Shown here: in pieces, positions 22,435 through 31,261 of the stretch | How positions within the stretch are numbered: position 1 is the stretch's first letter | How the letters are laid out: each line of letters starts with the position of its first letter | Assembly (NCBI GenBank): GCA_015059805.1 | Contig: SUZO01000005.1 | Coordinates: 12,285-76,284 of the forward strand | Direction of reading: 5' to 3' | From: Rikenellaceae bacterium | Lineage (GTDB): Bacteria > Bacteroidota > Bacteroidia > Bacteroidales > Rikenellaceae | Length of the DNA stretch: 64,000 bases | The notes under the pieces: model-generated | Database searches by the model: none | Told to the model about the DNA's origin: nothing | What the model saw: only the letters and a program-made list of their open reading frames with translations | Position numbers and translations under genes: made by a program

Positions 22435-23230
22435 TAAATTAAAATTGAGAGTTGAGTGACCGCAGCAGGTTTGAGGTGACCGAAATATATTGACAGAATT
22501 ACCCGTAAGGGTTTGCGATGATAATAGGCTGTTGAAAATGAGTTTTCAAAACAGACTATTATTAGCGCAATTATTGCAAAGCAATAGTCTGTCAATATAT
22601 GTAGACAAGTCATCCACACCGCCACCGGTTAAGCGACCGAGCCACCGAAACAAAAAAAAGACGGAACAATCCGTCTTTTTGCAGTGGAGCATAAAATCAA
22701 AATAAATTAACATTGAGAGTCGAGTGACCGCAGCAGGTTTGAGCAGAGCAAGAGTGAAGATTTGTAGACGACGTAGTCGTTGGTTTGTGGCAGGATGCCT
22801 ATTGAGTTTACTCAGTATAGGCATACTGACACAAGCCGAAAGTTGCGTAGCGACTCTACAAATCTACAACCGCAGACAACTATGCCACACCGCCACCGGT
22901 TAAGCGACCGAGCCACCGAAACAAAAAAAAGACGGAACAATCCGTCTTTTTGCAGTGGAGCATAAAATCAAAATAAATTAACATTGAGAGTCGAGTGACC
23001 GCAGCAGGTTTGAGCAGAGCAAGAGTGAAGATTTGTAGACGACGTAGTCGTTGGTTTGTGGCAGGATGCCTATTGAGTTTACTCAGTATAGGCATACTGA
23101 CACAAGCCGAAAGTTGCAGAGCGACTCTACAAATCAACAGCCGCAGACAACTCTGCCACACCGCCACCGGTTAAGCGACCGAGCCACCGAAACAAAAAAA
23201 GACGGAACAATCCGTCTTTTTGCAGTGGAG
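22435..23230. repeat. Tandem three-unit hairpin cassette array at the tmRNA 3' end (period about 271 bp)
   Basis: Constant block CCACACCGCCACCGG...GCAGTGGAG starts at 22614, 22885 and 23156; GAGTGACCGCAGCAGGTTTGAG occurs three times. Confidence 0.95.
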
Positions 23231-23625
23231 GTGGCGAGAGTCGAACTCGCGTCCAAACAAGGAACCCAAAAGCTTTCTACACGCTTAGTTGTCGTTTAAT
23301 CCTTCTGTTAGAGTTCGGCAGACAACAGCCAAGACCCTAACCCCAGCCCCTAAATTTCGCACGATAACCGAGGCACATATCGCACTATCTCCCCATTGAT
23401 GATACCCCATATGAACAACTTGTCAGAGAGCTGGACAAGCGCTCGGGATACTCGTTGACGCAAACCTTGTGTGCATCAATTAAGCTAATTTTCCTGGAAA
23501 ATTAAGCAGCGAGTGCATAGCTATTATTGCCATTTGTAGTTTGAGTGTTGCGATTTACGAGACCCCACACAATGCTCGGCGTGCTTACAATCAAACTCTA
23601 CCTGCTGTCAAAACCGGTCACCCCC
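23226..23625 (-). ncRNA. ssrA: tmRNA
   Basis: 5' GGGGGTGACCGGTTTTGAC pairs with 3' ...GCGAGTTCGACTCTCGC-CACCTCC-A (G3.U wobble); tag frame GGC AAT AAT AGC TAT GCA CTC GCT GCT TAA = GNNSYALAA; TATCTTTG upstream. Confidence 0.97.
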
Positions 23626-23692
23626 GATTGTAAGTGGTGCAAAGATAGTGCATTTTGACAAAAAATCAAAACTTTTATTCAAAATGCCAATA

Positions 23693-23759
23693 GCTAACGG
23701 CTAACAGCCAACAGCTGCAATAACAATTTGCAAAAATCGCAAATTATTATTACCTTTGA
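23693..23759 (+). repeat. Right copy of 67-bp inverted repeat, probable promoter of the radical SAM gene
   Basis: TTTG, 20 nt, then TACCTTTG; inverse of 22324-22390. Confidence 0.9.
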
Positions 23760-23778
23760 GAATTAAATGATTTAGATT

Positions 23779-24807
23779 ATGGATGGTTCTATTATTGTAA
23801 CCTATCGCTGTCCGATGCGATGCAAGATGTGTGATATTTGGAATAATCCCACAAAGGCAGCAGAGGAGTTCAAGCCCGAATTGCTACGCAAGCTACCAAA
23901 GATGCGCAGTGTGAACATCACTGGTGGTGAGCCATTTGTACGCGAAGATATAGAGGAGATTGTAGAGATTTTGCTAACCAAAACTGACCGCATAGTCTTC
24001 TCAACAAGTGGTTATTTCTCGGAGAAAATTATTGCTCTTGCAAAAAAATATCCGCAGGTTGGTTATCGCATAAGCATTGAGGGGTTATCATGCAAGAATG
24101 ACGAGCTACGAGGTAGGATAGGCGGCTTTGACAAGGGGTTGCACACCCTTTTAGAGTTGCGCCGCATGGGTATTAAGGATATTGGCTTTGGTATAACGGT
24201 ATCAAACAACAACTCTGCAGATATGCTTGACCTATACGAGTTAAACCGCAACCTGAAGATGCAATTTGCCACAGCATCTTTCCACAACTCGTTCTACTTC
24301 CACAAGTACGACAACAAGGTGACAAATATAGACGAGGTATGTAGCGATTTTGACGAGTTAATTCAGCGATTGATGCGCGAAAACTCGCCAAAATCGTGGT
24401 TTCGTGCATTTTTCAACTTGGGGCTTATAAACTACATCAAGGGTGGGCGTCGCATGCTCCCTTGCGAGGCTGGCAGTGAAAACTTCTTCCTTGACCCACA
24501 TGGCAATATACTCCCCTGCAACGGCATGGAGCCTTCGTGTTGGTTTGAGAAGATGGGCAACCTGAACGACAACACATTTGAAGAGATTTGGAACAGTGAG
24601 CAGGCAAAGATTGTCCGCGATAAGGTGGCACATTGTCCTAAGAAGTGCTGGATGATAGGCTCTGTTTCGCCGGTGATGAAAAAGTATATGCCACAGATAC
24701 TTCCGTGGGTGGTTAAAAACAAGCTACGAGTGATGTTTGGCAAGAGGGTAGATACTTCACAAATCCCATTCTACCACGTGGGAAACAACGACTTACAAGG
24801 TTTGTAG
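23779..24807 (+). CDS. Radical SAM / SPASM-like domain protein of the type seen in glycan loci
   Basis: CPMRCKMC and TGGEP motifs; C-terminal CEAG...GNILPC...CPKKC cysteines. Confidence 0.88.
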   Translation: MDGSIIVTYRCPMRCKMCDIWNNPTKAAEEFKPELLRKLPKMRSVNITGGEPFVREDIEEIVEILLTKTDRIVFSTSGYFSEKIIALAKKYPQVGYRISIEGLSCKNDELRGRIGGFDKGLHTLLELRRMGIKDIGFGITVSNNNSADMLDLYELNRNLKMQFATASFHNSFYFHKYDNKVTNIDEVCSDFDELIQRLMRENSPKSWFRAFFNLGLINYIKGGRRMLPCEAGSENFFLDPHGNILPCNGMEPSCWFEKMGNLNDNTFEEIWNSEQAKIVRDKVAHCPKKCWMIGSVSPVMKKYMPQILPWVVKNKLRVMFGKRVDTSQIPFYHVGNNDLQGL

Positions 24808-24808
24808 C

Positions 24809-25957
24809 ATGAAGATAGCTTTTATAGGTGGGCGCGACATTAAGACTTTAGGAGGCATTGAAAACTATGTCTTCAACCTCGCCACACACCTTGTAGAGCT
24901 TGGACATGAACCGATAGTCTACTGCGAGAGCAATCGCAATGGCATTGAGTGTGTAAATGGCTTCAAAGTTATCTACCACAAATCTTTTGGCGGGCGTTTC
25001 TTCTGTAAAATCCTACTATCTCTAAAGTCCACCATCCACGCGCTAACTAAAGAGGGGGATGTGGAGCTATTTCACTACAACGCATGGCCGCCATCGTTAT
25101 GGTCTTGGATTCCGAGGTTAGTAGGGCGTAAGGCTCTTCTTGAGGGTCACGGACATGAGTGGAAGCGAACAAAATATACTCCATTCCAGCAGAAGATAAT
25201 GCACTTTATGGAGTGGTTTACCGCCAAGATACACAAGAACATCTTAGTTGTCAGCGATGAGCAGCGGCTCTACTTTGCAACTCACTACTCTCGCCACTGC
25301 GTAACAATCCCCACAGCGGTCAATATGCCAAAGGAGAACGAAGCTGATAGTGACATCTTGTCGCGTTACGAATTGGAGCGAGGTCGTTATTTTCTATACT
25401 TAGGAAGGCTTGTGCAAGACAAAAACCCCGACTATCTTATCAAAGCGTTCCGTAAAGCCTCAACTGCTGGATATAAACTTGTTATAGCTGGTAGTAATGA
25501 CCCGCAGCCTGAGTATGTAGAGCATCTACACCACCTTGCTGCTGGCGATAAAAACATAATTTTCACTGGCGCGGTATATGGAGCAGATAAGAACACCCTC
25601 TTACGTCACAACACTGCATTCTGTATTCCGTCTACCATTGAAGGATTGGCTATAACGCTCTTAGAGGCAATGAGTTATGGGTCAATATGCATAGCTTCTG
25701 ACATCCCATCAAACAAAGAGGGCTTAGGCGATAATGGAATATGGGTAACTGCCGAGGATATAGATTCGTTAGCAGAGAAGATTGAGTACACAATCAACAA
25801 CAGCGACACATTATCGCAGATAAAAGAGCAAAACCGCCAGCGAATAGAGCAGAATTTCACCTGGGATATTATCACAAAGCGATATGTAGAGTATATCTCT
25901 AACGTTTGTGGTGACAGCCATCACAGCTCTTGCCAGAGCAACCACGACAAGGATTAG
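24809..25957 (+). CDS. Glycosyltransferase family 4
   Basis: GGIE, YLGRLVQDK and PSTIEGLAITLLEAMSYG motifs. Confidence 0.92.
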   Translation: MKIAFIGGRDIKTLGGIENYVFNLATHLVELGHEPIVYCESNRNGIECVNGFKVIYHKSFGGRFFCKILLSLKSTIHALTKEGDVELFHYNAWPPSLWSWIPRLVGRKALLEGHGHEWKRTKYTPFQQKIMHFMEWFTAKIHKNILVVSDEQRLYFATHYSRHCVTIPTAVNMPKENEADSDILSRYELERGRYFLYLGRLVQDKNPDYLIKAFRKASTAGYKLVIAGSNDPQPEYVEHLHHLAAGDKNIIFTGAVYGADKNTLLRHNTAFCIPSTIEGLAITLLEAMSYGSICIASDIPSNKEGLGDNGIWVTAEDIDSLAEKIEYTINNSDTLSQIKEQNRQRIEQNFTWDIITKRYVEYISNVCGDSHHSSCQSNHDKD

Positions 25958-26036
25958 TTAGTTGGCGATATACATATCTTGCAATAAACGCCAGCGCAAC
26001 AAGTGTGATAACAATCACAGCAACCACCTCAATCAT
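25899..26036 (-). CDS. FeoB-associated Cys-rich membrane protein (45 aa)
   Basis: Not in the ORF track. MIEVVAVIVITLVALAFIARYVYRQLTNPCRGCSGKSCDGCHHKR; ATGA overlap with the feoB stop. Confidence 0.85.
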   Translation of the reverse strand: MIEVVAVIVITLVALAFIARYVYRQLTNPCRGCSGKSCDGCHHKR

Positions 26037-28405
26037 AGTAACTTAGCAATATTATAGGTCAAGAATGCGAGCACCCATGCCACCACACTTGAGTAGACAA
26101 CCGAGGCGAGTGCCCACCGTTTACCATACTCTGCGCTGATAGCTGCCAAAGTGGCAAGACATGGGAAATATAGCAGCGTAAAGACAAGCAGAGCAAGCAC
26201 CGAGGCACGAGAAAAGTCACCACTGCTAACAAGACGTTGATGCAGCGTGCTATCAACCTCAGCCTCAGAGAGTTCCCCCGCTTGGTTATCGGTATATAGT
26301 ACGCCTATAGTACTAAGCATAATCTCCTTAGCAGGAATACCCGTTACAACTGCAACACTACTCTTCCAATTCATTCCTAACGGGCGAAAAACTGGCTCAC
26401 AAGCCTTGCCTATACGACCAATATAAGAGTTCTCATAGTGTTCCTGCTTGCTCTGACCCTCACTCTGCAGTGGGAAGTAGGTCAAGAACCAAACTACAAT
26501 AGATGCAGCAAGTATCAGACCGCCCATTTTACGCAGATACTGAGCACACTTCTCCCACATGTGCGACAGCGTAGCCCTTAATGTTGGCACTCGATAGGGT
26601 GGTAGTTCCATAACGAATGGCGTTTCATCCTCATTACCCTTAATGCGGCGCATTATACGTGCAGTAACCATAGCAACAAGGATTCCAAGCAGGTAGAGTG
26701 CAAAGAGCAACGTTCCCGACCCCGCACCAAAGAAGACTCCCAAGAAGAGTATATATATAGGTAGTCGCGCACTGCACGACATAAACGGAATAATGAGCGC
26801 CGTAATAAGTCGTGAGCTGCGGCTTTCAATAGTACGCGTCGCCATCACAGCTGGCACATTACAGCCAAAGCCCATCACCAGAGGGATAAAGGACTTGCCA
26901 TGCAGACCCATCTTGTGCATCAGTTTATCCATTATAAACGCCGCGCGAGCAAGATAACCCGAATCCTCCATAAAGGAGATAAACAGATACAATATCACAA
27001 TATTGGGCAAGAAGACAATCACACTACCTACACCGCCAACAACACCATCAACAATAAGATCTTTAACCACTCCACTTGGCAAGATAGCATTCAGACCATC
27101 CGCAAGTAGCGAGACTGCCATCTCAAGCCAATGCTGAGGGTAGGCACCCAAGCTAAACGTACAGTAGAACATCGCCCACATAATGAGCAAGAAGATAGGG
27201 TAGCCCCAAATCTTATGGGTCACAATCTCATCTATATAGTAGGACATATCACGCCTATTATCTCCCTGGCGATGGTATGTTTCACGCAATGCACCAGAGA
27301 TAAAACCATACTTCTGGTTTGCAAATGTAGTCTCAATATCCTCACTACTATCAAGGTCGGAGGCGAGATGCTCCTGCTCACGCCTTACCACCTCCATCCA
27401 GCTATTAAACTGCGGTAAATCCTTGAGCATACCCACCACTTCGCTATCACCCTCAAGTAATTTCATAGCATAATATCGCGGTGGAAATGCCTTTGGTAGC
27501 ACCTCCCTTGATGCCTTGAGGACTGTGTTCAACTCCACAACGCTCTGCTCTACAATGCCTTGGTTGATATGGATATGGCGAGAACGCGGCTCAGAGTCCT
27601 CATATACGGATATAATTGTATCCAGAACCTCCTCAACACCTCGCCCCGTACGAGAGACAACAGGTATCATCGGAACTCCCATAAGCCGACCTAATAGTGC
27701 ATAGTCCAGCGTATCCCCCGAATTCTCCAGTTCATCGTACATATTGAGCGCAACAACAACATTCTGACTCATGTCAATAAGCTCAGTTGTCAGATATAGA
27801 TTACGCTGTAAATTTGAGGAACAAACTACATTAAGTATCACGTCTGGAGTGCTGTCAATCAGATGCTTACGCACATAGCGTTCCTCTGGAGAGTATGCCG
27901 ATAGAGCGTATGTGCCAGGCAGGTCTGTTATGTGAAATTCATAGTCCCGATAGTGGTACTTACCAGCCTTAGCATCCACCGTAACTCCACTATAGTTACC
28001 CACATGTTCATGTGCACCGACAATACGATTAAAAAGCGAGGTTTTGCCGCTATTTGGATTGCCTATAAGAGCTACATTGATGTGTCTTTTGCGCTTGGTG
28101 ATAATGCTCTCTACCTCATGCTCCAAATCAATCTCACTCTTCACCTCAGCCGTCTGAGCCTTTAGGCGCTCAATAGCCTCCGCTTCGGTTATAACCACAA
28201 TCATCTGCGCCTCACTACGTCTGAGGGAGATATTATAGCCAAGTATCTGATACTCAATAGGGTCGCGCAACGGAGCATTAAGCACAACGGTCACTGCCGA
28301 ACCACGCACAAAGCCCATCTCCATAATTCGGCGACGGAAGCCTCCATGACCCAACACCTTGACCACCGTAGCGGTCTGACCAGTTTTCAATTCAGACAAT
28401 CGCAT
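26033..28405 (-). CDS. feoB: Ferrous iron transporter FeoB with N-terminal FeoA domain
   Basis: FeoA domain (MRLSEL...APLRDP), GNPNSGKT, DLPGTY, GFGCNVP and PFMSCSAR motifs. Confidence 0.96.
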   Translation of the reverse strand: MRLSELKTGQTATVVKVLGHGGFRRRIMEMGFVRGSAVTVVLNAPLRDPIEYQILGYNISLRRSEAQMIVVITEAEAIERLKAQTAEVKSEIDLEHEVESIITKRKRHINVALIGNPNSGKTSLFNRIVGAHEHVGNYSGVTVDAKAGKYHYRDYEFHITDLPGTYALSAYSPEERYVRKHLIDSTPDVILNVVCSSNLQRNLYLTTELIDMSQNVVVALNMYDELENSGDTLDYALLGRLMGVPMIPVVSRTGRGVEEVLDTIISVYEDSEPRSRHIHINQGIVEQSVVELNTVLKASREVLPKAFPPRYYAMKLLEGDSEVVGMLKDLPQFNSWMEVVRREQEHLASDLDSSEDIETTFANQKYGFISGALRETYHRQGDNRRDMSYYIDEIVTHKIWGYPIFLLIMWAMFYCTFSLGAYPQHWLEMAVSLLADGLNAILPSGVVKDLIVDGVVGGVGSVIVFLPNIVILYLFISFMEDSGYLARAAFIMDKLMHKMGLHGKSFIPLVMGFGCNVPAVMATRTIESRSSRLITALIIPFMSCSARLPIYILFLGVFFGAGSGTLLFALYLLGILVAMVTARIMRRIKGNEDETPFVMELPPYRVPTLRATLSHMWEKCAQYLRKMGGLILAASIVVWFLTYFPLQSEGQSKQEHYENSYIGRIGKACEPVFRPLGMNWKSSVAVVTGIPAKEIMLSTIGVLYTDNQAGELSEAEVDSTLHQRLVSSGDFSRASVLALLVFTLLYFPCLATLAAISAEYGKRWALASVVYSSVVAWVLAFLTYNIAKLL

Positions 28406-28541
28406 TTGGTGCAAAGGTAGGCAAAATCTACAAAAATTGCAAATACACACCGCCAACAAAAGTCACAAAAAGAACCAACAATGGAGAGATTTGCTAAAAC
28501 GCCAAAAAGTTACTACCTTTGTTTTTTCAAACAAAGAGATT

Positions 28542-29279
28542 ATGAATGTAGCAATTATTGGATACGGAAAGATGGGTCACGAAATTGAACGAATCCTCCT
28601 GCAGAGGGGACACAATGTGGCTCTGATTATTGATTACAACAACACAGAGGATCTTAACCCTAAAACTCTTGCTGGCATTGATGTTGCCATTGAGTTTACA
28701 ACTCCCGCAACGGCATATTCCAACATCACAACCTGTCTTAATGCTGGTGTAGCAGTGGTTAGTGGCACAACGGGCTGGATTGAGCGTCTACCAGAGGTGC
28801 AGAACTTATGCCGCGAGCTTAACGGTACAATGATGTACAGCTCTAACTACTCGCTTGGTGTAAATATCGCCTTTCGCATCAACCGTCGCCTTGCTGAGCT
28901 GATGAATCCTTACAGTGTCTATGACGTTGATATTGAGGAGATTCACCACACTCAGAAGAAGGATGCTCCGAGTGGTACAGCGATTACTTTGGCTACAGAT
29001 GTTATCGCCCGCCTTGACCGCAAAACCTCTTGGCACTGCATAGAGCCTCAGAAGGGGGAGCAGAGCCACCACGAGGCAGATAGCATTGAGATTGTCTCTC
29101 TTCGTGAGGGCAGTGTACCAGGCACACACACTGTACGATATGAGTCTGAGGATGATATTTTGGAGGTTAAGCATACCCTTAAGTCCCGCAGTGCGCTTGC
29201 TACGGGTGCGGTTATTGCAGCAGAGTTTATCTGTGGCAAGAGGGGCGTGTTTACAATGGATGACCTATTTAAGGAGTAG
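28542..29279 (+). CDS. dapB: 4-hydroxy-tetrahydrodipicolinate reductase
   Basis: GYGKMG, SGTTGW and EIHHTQKKDAPSGTA motifs. Confidence 0.96.
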   Translation: MNVAIIGYGKMGHEIERILLQRGHNVALIIDYNNTEDLNPKTLAGIDVAIEFTTPATAYSNITTCLNAGVAVVSGTTGWIERLPEVQNLCRELNGTMMYSSNYSLGVNIAFRINRRLAELMNPYSVYDVDIEEIHHTQKKDAPSGTAITLATDVIARLDRKTSWHCIEPQKGEQSHHEADSIEIVSLREGSVPGTHTVRYESEDDILEVKHTLKSRSALATGAVIAAEFICGKRGVFTMDDLFKE

Positions 29280-29282
29280 ACT

Positions 29283-30629
29283 ATGAAGCAGTTACTGAAA
29301 AATAAGTGGTTTAAGTTTGGCGTGGTAGCGGTAATTTACACCCTGCTGACGGTAGTTTGGACGGGAAATTTATGGATGCTTTTAGGCTTGCCGCTCATCT
29401 ATGACCTCTACATTTCGCGCCTATTCTATAAATATGTATGGCACTACAATGACGAGCTATGCGCCCGTTCACCGCTCTACAAGAGCATTTGGGGCTGGAT
29501 TGATGCTATTTTGTGGGCAACTGTTGCCGCTACGCTGTTGCATCTGTTCGTCTTTCAGCTTTATAAGGTGCCGACATCCTCTATGGAGAAGACAATCCTT
29601 ATTGGCGACTACATCTATGTGAGCAAAATTGCCTACGGTCCGCAAGTGCCAAATACGCCTATCTCAATGCCGTTTGTCTTTAACACCATGCCCTTCACCG
29701 AGAATACTAAGTCCTACTGCGATGCTATCCAGTGGGATTATCACCGACTGAAGGGTATTAAAAAGATTAAGCGTGGCGATGTGGTAGTATTCAACTACCC
29801 TGAAGGAGATACAGTACTTATAACCAAACGTTTACGACCTACCCCTGGGGTTAGCTACTACGACGTTTTGCGTAGCTACCAGTCTACCTACGGAGAGAGG
29901 GAGGGTCGTGCTCGCCTCTATGAGGATTACAACGTAAATGTCCACCCAGTAGACAAGCGCGAGAACTATATCAAGCGCTGCGTAGCTCTGCCTGGCGACA
30001 AAATCAAGATTGAGGGTACACGCCTTACAATCAATGGAGTAGAGGCTCAGATTCCTGACACAGAGCAGCATATCTACTTTGTGCAGACTACAGCACCACT
30101 AACAGATTATGCGATGCGCAAGGTTGGTGTGCGCGAGTGGGGTGGCAATATGCCATACTACTACCTTACGATGACCGCCGAGGAGGCTAAGGTTGTGGAG
30201 AAGATGGCTATTGTTGAGTCCGTTACCCTCTATGACAACACCACAGCAGGTCTTGAGTTCTTTCCAAACAGCAAGAGCTACAGTTGGACTCAGGATAACT
30301 TTGGCGAGCTCTGGGTTCCACAAAAGGGGACAACTATCGCCCTTACTACAGAGAATCTGCCACTCTACCGCCGAATTATTGAGCAGTACGAGGGTCACAA
30401 CCTTGAGGTTAAGGATGGTCAGATACTTATTGACGGCACTCCAGCAGATAGTTATACATTTGCGATGGACTACTACTGGATGATGGGCGACAATCGCCAC
30501 AACTCTGCCGACAGCCGCTTCTGGGGCTTTGTACCAGAGGACCACATTGTTGGTAAGGCATCATTTATCGCCTTCTCAACTGGCGAGGAGGGTATTCGTT
30601 GGAACCGTATGTTCAGAAAGATACGCTAA
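29283..30629 (+). CDS. lepB: Signal peptidase I
   Basis: PTSSMEKT, YIKRC and MGDNRHNSADSR motifs. Confidence 0.95.
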   Translation: MKQLLKNKWFKFGVVAVIYTLLTVVWTGNLWMLLGLPLIYDLYISRLFYKYVWHYNDELCARSPLYKSIWGWIDAILWATVAATLLHLFVFQLYKVPTSSMEKTILIGDYIYVSKIAYGPQVPNTPISMPFVFNTMPFTENTKSYCDAIQWDYHRLKGIKKIKRGDVVVFNYPEGDTVLITKRLRPTPGVSYYDVLRSYQSTYGEREGRARLYEDYNVNVHPVDKRENYIKRCVALPGDKIKIEGTRLTINGVEAQIPDTEQHIYFVQTTAPLTDYAMRKVGVREWGGNMPYYYLTMTAEEAKVVEKMAIVESVTLYDNTTAGLEFFPNSKSYSWTQDNFGELWVPQKGTTIALTTENLPLYRRIIEQYEGHNLEVKDGQILIDGTPADSYTFAMDYYWMMGDNRHNSADSRFWGFVPEDHIVGKASFIAFSTGEEGIRWNRMFRKIR

Positions 30630-31261
30630 TGGAGGAGCTAAAGGACAGCTATCTAACTATCTCAGCACCAGCAGAGTGCGCTATGCGAGAGAGGAGCAGC
30701 AAATTCCTCTCTTACGCCTATCCTGTCACCTCTGAGGAGCAAATTAAGGATATCCTTGACGCGCTGCATAAGCAATATTACGATGCAACTCACCACTGTT
30801 ATGCTTGGCGACTCGGAGCGCATGGAGAGCACTTCCGCGCAAATGATGACGGAGAGCCATCTGGCACAGCAGGCAAGCCGATACTCGGTCAGCTAATCTC
30901 TAAAGATATTACCGACTGCCTTGTAGTTGTTGTGCGCTATTTTGGTGGTACTAAGTTAGGCGTGTCGGGACTCATTCAGGCATACCGCGAAGCTGCTGCC
31001 GATGTGCTTGATGTTGCCGATGTGGTTGAGCGTACGGTAGATACAGTGGTGCGCGTAGATTTTTCATATATGGTTATGAATGATGTTATGCGCATCATTA
31101 AGGATGAGAGTCCGAAGGTCGTTGAGCAGACCTTTGACAACCTCTGCACTGTCACCCTCGCCATTCGCCAGAGTAAGGCTCAGATGCTACTCGGCAAGCT
31201 GAGTAAGGTTAGCGGTGCAACTATAGAAGTTATTATGGAAGGTTCTACAAATGAGCTATAA
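30629..31261 (+). CDS. YigZ/IMPACT family protein
   Basis: ATHHCYAW, DDGEPSGTAG and RYFGGTKLG motifs. Confidence 0.93.
   Translation: MEELKDSYLTISAPAECAMRERSSKFLSYAYPVTSEEQIKDILDALHKQYYDATHHCYAWRLGAHGEHFRANDDGEPSGTAGKPILGQLISKDITDCLVVVVRYFGGTKLGVSGLIQAYREAAADVLDVADVVERTVDTVVRVDFSYMVMNDVMRIIKDESPKVVEQTFDNLCTVTLAIRQSKAQMLLGKLSKVSGATIEVIMEGSTNEL

Noticed and set aside
22435-23230. CRISPR array interpretation of the tandem repeats
   Set aside because: The period is about 271 bp, two of the three variable parts are near-identical, and no cas genes are present.
22434-23299. Short ORFs of 61-95 aa inside the repeat array
   Set aside because: They occur on both strands, mirror the repeat period and show no protein motifs.
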